A stretch of DNA of 64,000 nt from Verrucomicrobiota bacterium (GTDB lineage: Bacteria > Verrucomicrobiota > Verrucomicrobiia > Limisphaerales > Palsa-1400): assembly GCA_049510745.1 (NCBI GenBank), contig JBEKYR010000001.1:160001-224000 (forward strand). The letters are read 5' to 3'. Below are positions 59,004-64,000 of the stretch, piece by piece; the stretch's first letter is position 1; every line of letters starts with the position of its first letter. The notes beneath the pieces are model-generated. The model saw only the letters and a list, made by a program, of their open reading frames with translations, was not told the origin of the DNA and searched no databases. The position numbers and the translations under genes were made by a program.

Positions 59004-59536
59004 GCGACCAGATTTACGAAGCGTTCTTGCGCCGGCAGCTTGAAGAAGGCATGGCGCTGGCCAGCGGCAGCGACGTTCTGGACCTGACGCCGCTTCCAGG
59101 CGGAGAGCCGCCTTTCCGTTATATCGCGCATTTCGAGGGCCGCCGCGGCTTGGTGCGCGACGAGCGGGGCCAAATTGTTGAGTTTGAGAAGTTCATGGTT
59201 GGAATCTGGTTTCCCGAGGACTACCTGCGCCATGTGAACATCCCGCAGGTGCTTACCTACCTCGGCCCCCATCCCGAACCGTGGCATCCCAATATTCGTC
59301 CGCCGTTCTTGTGCGCGCACATTGAGCCAGGCACCGCGCTGGTTGATATACTTTACGCGTGCTACGAAATTTGGACGTGGAACCTGTTTGCGACGGGCGA
59401 CGAGGGCTTAAACCACGCGGCGTCGCAATGGTCGCGCAAACAAGATCGCTCCCGCTTTCCAATTGACCGGCGTCCGCTCCGGCGTCGCGCCGTGGAACTC
59501 GACGTGACCCCGGCTCCGGGAAAGGAAATCGCATGA
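59000..59536 (+). CDS. E2-like ubiquitin-conjugating enzyme
   Basis: IWFPEDY, PWHPNIRPPFLC (HPN + Cys), LVDIL, GLNHAA: UBC-fold signature in the expected order. Confidence 0.85.
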   Translation: MSDQIYEAFLRRQLEEGMALASGSDVLDLTPLPGGEPPFRYIAHFEGRRGLVRDERGQIVEFEKFMVGIWFPEDYLRHVNIPQVLTYLGPHPEPWHPNIRPPFLCAHIEPGTALVDILYACYEIWTWNLFATGDEGLNHAASQWSRKQDRSRFPIDRRPLRRRAVELDVTPAPGKEIA

Positions 59537-60414
59537 ATCACGTCCACGACGAGGCCATTCGCACGGCCATTGCCGCCGTGACGACGAAACTGGCGCCAGT
59601 GGGCAACTCCGGCTGGCAATTCACTTTGCTCAATGGAGCACCGCACGTTGTGACTGCGAAAACCGACGGTGACTGGGTGTTATTCGAGACGGACTGCACC
59701 GGAGCAGCGCAATGTGCGGATTCTTTCTGGGAAGCCCTTGTGCGCAACGCCTCCTTCGACGGCCTGGCGAAAATCGTGCTGACGTACGATGGCAGCCCGC
59801 GACTGCGAGCTGAAATCCCCGTAACGGAAGACGTTGTCCTCACGACGCGGGTTCGGGAGGTGTGCCGCGGATTCGAAGCCGAATGGACGCACAAAGATGA
59901 ACATTCTCTTGCGGAAGCATCGCCTGAGGGGGCAGAGCCGATGGACCTCAAAAGCCTGTGCTCCGAGGCCGGCTGGCCTTTTGTGGAGCGCGGCGACCGG
60001 AAACTCGCCGTGGAACTTGAAGTTCCGGGCGGGTTCAGCCAGGCGCTCCTGATTCCGACGGAACACGGCGTTCGCATCACTTGCGAAGTCGCGACGCTCG
60101 ACGCCATCGCGGAGGAATGCCGGCAGGCAGTCAGTGGATTCCTGCTTGCCGCTTCTGGGCTTGTTCGCATGGGACGCGCGTCGGTGAACGCGATTGGAAC
60201 GTCGCCGGCGGCCCAGTTCGAGGTTGTCTTCGGAACCGCGCCAAGTCCGCCAGAAATTTCCAGTGCATTGGAATGCCTCTCCATCGCGTGCAGCCTCTGT
60301 GGCGAGGAAATCAAAACGCTGCAAGTGCCGGCCATCGCCGAACGCTACCTTGCCCTGCGCGGTTGGGATGCGGCTCCGGCGGCCCGGCGAAACGAAAGGA
60401 CAGTAACACCATGA
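59533..60414 (+). CDS. Tandem YbjN/T3SS-chaperone-like domain protein
   Basis: Two ~140-aa alpha/beta halves (WEALVRN...AKIVL...LRAEIP; FLLAASGLVRMGRA...FEVVF); translationally coupled on both sides. Fold call is tentative. Confidence 0.5.
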   Translation: MNHVHDEAIRTAIAAVTTKLAPVGNSGWQFTLLNGAPHVVTAKTDGDWVLFETDCTGAAQCADSFWEALVRNASFDGLAKIVLTYDGSPRLRAEIPVTEDVVLTTRVREVCRGFEAEWTHKDEHSLAEASPEGAEPMDLKSLCSEAGWPFVERGDRKLAVELEVPGGFSQALLIPTEHGVRITCEVATLDAIAEECRQAVSGFLLAASGLVRMGRASVNAIGTSPAAQFEVVFGTAPSPPEISSALECLSIACSLCGEEIKTLQVPAIAERYLALRGWDAAPAARRNERTVTP

Positions 60415-60707
60415 TTGATGAACCCAAACTCGACATCCTCGCAAGCGATGTCACAGGCCAGACGGTGGTCAACGTCGGCATCGATGCCGGCGACCGGGAG
60501 ATGAGCGTGGGCGAGTTGCTCGACGGCCTGGTGCCGCGGATGAAACTGCCGCGGCTCGGGAACGGCGGGCGGCCGTTGACGTATCACGCCCGGCTGGAAC
60601 GGGAAGGAAGGCATCTGCATGCGACCGAGGTGGTGGGCGAAGCCCTGCAACCCAAGGATCGCATCATGATCCAGCCAACCATCGAAGCGGGAGGCAACCA
60701 CCGATAG
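60411..60707 (+). CDS. Ubiquitin-like beta-grasp protein with C-terminal GG + 3-aa extension
   Basis: 98 aa: MSVGELLDGL...LP...TYHARL..EGRHL....V...LQPKDRIMIQPTIEAGG-NHR*; AAGGA RBS upstream. Confidence 0.82.
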   Translation: MIDEPKLDILASDVTGQTVVNVGIDAGDREMSVGELLDGLVPRMKLPRLGNGGRPLTYHARLEREGRHLHATEVVGEALQPKDRIMIQPTIEAGGNHR

Positions 60708-60728
60708 CCCGCCAGACCGAGAGGAACC

Positions 60729-61835
60729 ATGAACACTCGACAGCCATACAAATTCGTAATGGAACTGCACAAACGAGATGGCTCTCCACTCGGCCAGGTC
60801 CCGGTGGCGGCCGATTGGGAACCGGCTTGGGAGGCGGTACGCTTCCTGGCCATGCGCCGGTTTCCGCTCGCCGCCCTCGGGGCCGATGCGGTGGCCGAAC
60901 TCCGGCCAGCCTGGCATGAGGAACTCGGTCAACCTTACATCAGCGCAGTGGACGTGGCACTCCAAGTTCCTGGGGCCGGCGAGCTCTCGTGCCGCGTGCC
61001 GAAAAACTTTTTCAAATCGCTTGCCAGTGATGCCAGCGTCCCTCTCGTAGAAAAGGGATCACTCCAGGCGGGCGAGCTTTTCAATTATCTCGTCACCGCG
61101 TTTCCCAGTCCGCAAGAAACGCGTGGTCGCACCCAACCGCGGGCGCGATTCGAGATCGAGGAAGTGCCGACCCCGCTGCCGCTCAAATCCTCGTTGCTGG
61201 CGAAATTTAACGCGCGGTCCGTCGCAGCCGGCGAGCAAAACGAGGAGGACATTCCAGTGTTCATTCCACAGAACGTTCTTGCGGAAACAGATCAATTGAC
61301 ACGCGAGGCGGCGGGGGTGGAAACCGCGTCCGTCCTTATCGGGCATATCCATCGCGACCCGTTGGGCGGAGAGTTGTTTCTCGAAGTGACGGCGCAGATT
61401 CCCGCCCGAAACTCGCAGGCCACCGCCACGAAGGTGAGCTTCGGGCCCGAGACGTGGAACGCAGTTCATGGCGCGCTCGCGTTGAGGAGCGAAAATGAAC
61501 AATGGGTGGGTTGGTTTCATTCGCACCCTGCCGCATCGTGGTGCAATTCCAAATGCTCACCCGAGAGCCGCGCGAAATGTCCGCTACAACGCTCCTTCTT
61601 TAGCGCCGATGACTGCGATGTGCATCGGACCGTTTTTTCCAAGGCGTTTCATATCGCCCTGCTGGTCACGAACACGGACGCCGGGTTACAGCATGCGCTG
61701 TTCTCGTGGCGCAACGGCGTGATTGTGCAACGTGGATTTCACATTCTTGGAAACGAAGGAGAACAAAACCCGGCCGTCGCGCCTGTCGCGGCGGCCACCA
61801 TTGGAGATGCCGAAAATGAAAAAACCTGCCCTTGA
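60729..61835 (+). CDS. JAB/MPN (JAMM) metallopeptidase with N-terminal extra domain
   Basis: VETASVLIG (Glu), VGWFHSHP, FFSADD; GAGG RBS. Confidence 0.88.
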   Translation: MNTRQPYKFVMELHKRDGSPLGQVPVAADWEPAWEAVRFLAMRRFPLAALGADAVAELRPAWHEELGQPYISAVDVALQVPGAGELSCRVPKNFFKSLASDASVPLVEKGSLQAGELFNYLVTAFPSPQETRGRTQPRARFEIEEVPTPLPLKSSLLAKFNARSVAAGEQNEEDIPVFIPQNVLAETDQLTREAAGVETASVLIGHIHRDPLGGELFLEVTAQIPARNSQATATKVSFGPETWNAVHGALALRSENEQWVGWFHSHPAASWCNSKCSPESRAKCPLQRSFFSADDCDVHRTVFSKAFHIALLVTNTDAGLQHALFSWRNGVIVQRGFHILGNEGEQNPAVAPVAAATIGDAENEKTCP

Positions 61836-63483
61836 CGAGACTGTTGAGCTAGTGCGCGCCATGCTTTCGGTCGAGGGCCCCCAAAGCCTTGACGGAACTA
61901 TCGCGAGCCTGCAACAGGTCCGCAGCCTGTCTGCGGAAACTGCCGCCGTCGTGGATCGGACGCTGGTGGAAACCGTCGCCGAGTATCGCCGCGCCCTGAA
62001 GCGTGCGCAGCGTGATATTCATCAGTGCCGCGAATTGCTCGAACAACTGTCCGCGCCTCCCCTGCATCCCGCCGTTTTCCATCGAGTGATCAACGCCACC
62101 GGCGCACTCAAGGCCCTGGTCCAGGCGGGAAACGCCCGGCGGGTCGTTTCTCCTGGAGAAGAAATCAATCTTACGAGGTTCGTTCGCGGCGACGAGGTTT
62201 TCCTCAATAACGAACAGAATCTCATCATTGCCGCCTCGCCCGATGGCCCTCCAAGCTGTGGCGAAACCGCGGCGTTCGAGCGTTGTCTGCCCGATGGACG
62301 GCTGGTGCTGCGCCATCACGACGATCATATCGTGGTGGACGTCTGCGGAAAACTGGCGAACACCAAGTTCAAAGCCGGGGACGCCGTGCGTTTCGACCGT
62401 ACTATTTGGATGGCTTATGAGAAAATCGAGCTTGAAACCTCCCGGCGCTACTTGCTGGAGGAAGTGCCGAACCTTCCGCTGGACTCGGTAGGCGGCCAAG
62501 GCGCAAATCTGGAGAGCCTTTTGTCCGTGCTCACGATGATTCTAGTCAACCCGAAACTCGCCGCCACCTACGGCCTGAATGGTCGCAGCTCCATCCTCAT
62601 GGCCGGGCCGCCGGGTTGCGGGAAAACCCTGATGGCCCGCGTCGCCGCGAGCGAAGTCTCACGGCTTACTGGGAAGAAATGCCGTCTTGCCGTGGTGAAA
62701 CCGTCCGAATGGGAATCGCCCTGGGTTGGCCAGACACAGGAAAACATCCGCCAATGCTTCCAAGCGCTTCGCGAGGTGGGCGAGGATGGTTACGCCGTGC
62801 TGTTTATGGACGAAATTGAATCCGTCGGACGGATACGCGGGGGCGCGGTTTCACATCATTCGGATAAGTTTCTCGCAGCTCTGCTGGCCGAACTGGACGG
62901 ATTTACCGACCGCAAGAACGTGGCCATCATCTGCGCCACAAATCGGAAAGATTTGCTTGACGCCGCGCTCTACGAGCGATTGAGCGATTTGGAAATCAAC
63001 GTGGGCCGGCCTGAAATGAAGGGTGCGCGCGCCATCTTCCAGATCCACCTTCCGGAGAGCGTCCCGTTCCATCCGAACGGCGAGCTGGCAATGCCCACGC
63101 GCGAGGCATTGATCGACCACGCCGTTTCCCAGTTCTACAGCCCGAACGCCGGCAACGAGCTTTGCACGCTCCGGTTTCGCGACGGCAAGCAACGGATCAT
63201 CGTCGCGCGCGAATTGGCCAGCGGACGCCTGTTTGAGAATGTGTGCCGCAGTGCGCGCCGTAGCGCATTCCTGCGCGAGGTCCGCGGCGGCGTCGCGGGG
63301 GTGCAATTGATGGACATGCAGGAAGCGGTCAGCCAGACGCTGGAACGAATGCGCACGACTTTGACCATTCGTAACGCCCAGGCGTATCTGCCCGATTTGC
63401 CTCAGGACGTGGATGTGGTCAGCGTCGAACCCATTGTCCGCAGGGTGAAGCAACCCCACAAGTATCTCAATCAACCGGCCTGA
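61816..63483 (+). CDS. ARC/Mpa-like proteasomal AAA+ ATPase
   Basis: Coiled coil ending LEQLSAPP, two OB-like regions, LLEEVP...SVGG, GPPGCGKTLMAR, WVG pore loop, FMDEIE, LLAELDG, ATNR.DLLD.AL, Mpa-like FRDGKQ...ASG..ENVC.SAR. Confidence 0.88.
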   Translation: MKKPALDETVELVRAMLSVEGPQSLDGTIASLQQVRSLSAETAAVVDRTLVETVAEYRRALKRAQRDIHQCRELLEQLSAPPLHPAVFHRVINATGALKALVQAGNARRVVSPGEEINLTRFVRGDEVFLNNEQNLIIAASPDGPPSCGETAAFERCLPDGRLVLRHHDDHIVVDVCGKLANTKFKAGDAVRFDRTIWMAYEKIELETSRRYLLEEVPNLPLDSVGGQGANLESLLSVLTMILVNPKLAATYGLNGRSSILMAGPPGCGKTLMARVAASEVSRLTGKKCRLAVVKPSEWESPWVGQTQENIRQCFQALREVGEDGYAVLFMDEIESVGRIRGGAVSHHSDKFLAALLAELDGFTDRKNVAIICATNRKDLLDAALYERLSDLEINVGRPEMKGARAIFQIHLPESVPFHPNGELAMPTREALIDHAVSQFYSPNAGNELCTLRFRDGKQRIIVARELASGRLFENVCRSARRSAFLREVRGGVAGVQLMDMQEAVSQTLERMRTTLTIRNAQAYLPDLPQDVDVVSVEPIVRRVKQPHKYLNQPA

Positions 63484-63496
63484 CCCAGTGAATCCA

Positions 63497-64000
63497 ATGC
63501 CCACATCCACCAGCCAAGCCGGTTCACACAACGGCGAGTCACCACGCCCCCGCCTGCCGAAGCTCTGCGGCGCTGATTTCGAGCTGGGCAACCTCGTTCT
63601 CGGAATCGACCTGCCAAAGGGCACGGGTGCGCTTGCTTCTCATTTGCTCTTGCGGGAATTCGACGGTCTGCCTTTGGCGCGCAAAGGCCAGTCCATCTGT
63701 TACTGTCAAGCCTGCACGGCGCGGCGGCGGGCGTTGGAGGATGGTTACACCACGGCCGAGTTCCTGGGCGAAGAGTGTTCCATGACCAAGTACGGCTCGG
63801 CCTACAATGCGCAGGACTGGGCGCGCAAATTCCTCAGCAACGGCGGCTGCGCTTACATTGATCTCGATCATCTCGAATTGTGCATCCCGGAGGTTCTGAG
63901 CGCGCGTGACCACGTTGCGGCGTCGCACGCGATGTTGCGCAAGGCGCGCGCGGCCCTGCAAATGGCCAACGCGCGATTGCCGGAAGGAAAGAAAATTGTC
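63497..64000 (+). CDS. PafA/Dop-family (Pup ligase/depupylase-like) protein, 3' end outside the window
   Basis: Absent from the ORF track. 168 open codons: KLCGADFELG (cf. GhEtEyG) and FLSNGGCAYIDLDHLELCIPE (cf. L.NGaRlYvD..HpEy.tPE). Confidence 0.82.
   Translation, partial: MPTSTSQAGSHNGESPRPRLPKLCGADFELGNLVLGIDLPKGTGALASHLLLREFDGLPLARKGQSICYCQACTARRRALEDGYTTAEFLGEECSMTKYGSAYNAQDWARKFLSNGGCAYIDLDHLELCIPEVLSARDHVAASHAMLRKARAALQMANARLPEGKKIV

Noticed and set aside
57819..60707. ThiF/ThiS or MoeB/MoaD cofactor biosynthesis
   Set aside because: E2, RING and ATPase genes are present and no biosynthetic partners are in the operon; thiL is ~8 kb away in the tsaEB cluster.

Overview
GC-rich bacterial chromosome segment, most consistent with Verrucomicrobiota (GloVer-repeat surface protein, PVC-type rpoZ/rpmB; inference, no database search). 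Positions 1-54450 are mostly backbone: an ECF sigma / anti-sigma-vWA / giant membrane protein operon, a PAS-PP2C regulator, luxE/luxC-like genes plus queD, a WYL regulator, rho, cysK, a YfhO-family protein, ispA, rpoZ-smpB-rpmB, a two-component system with an ankyrin-protein target, thiL-tsaE-tsaB and others. Accessory DNA is interspersed: many toxin-antitoxin (TA) modules (four retain only toxin stumps next to intact partners), a PstI/BsuBI-like restriction-modification pair, and a 3.3-kb islet bounded by 47-bp inverted repeats that encodes a Sel1-trypsin lipoprotein and a proteasome-beta-like Thr peptidase. The standout is the operon at 57281->64000. It encodes, in order, an FHA-like + RING-finger protein (E3-like), an E1, an E2, a tandem YbjN-like protein, a ubiquitin-like protein ending GG-NHR, a JAB/MPN peptidase, an ARC/Mpa-type proteasomal AAA+ ATPase and a PafA/Dop-family protein cut by the window edge. 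This is a eukaryote-like ubiquitin cascade joined in one operon with Pup-proteasome machinery, preceded by two divergent predicted regulators. All calls come from motif reading of the sequence only.
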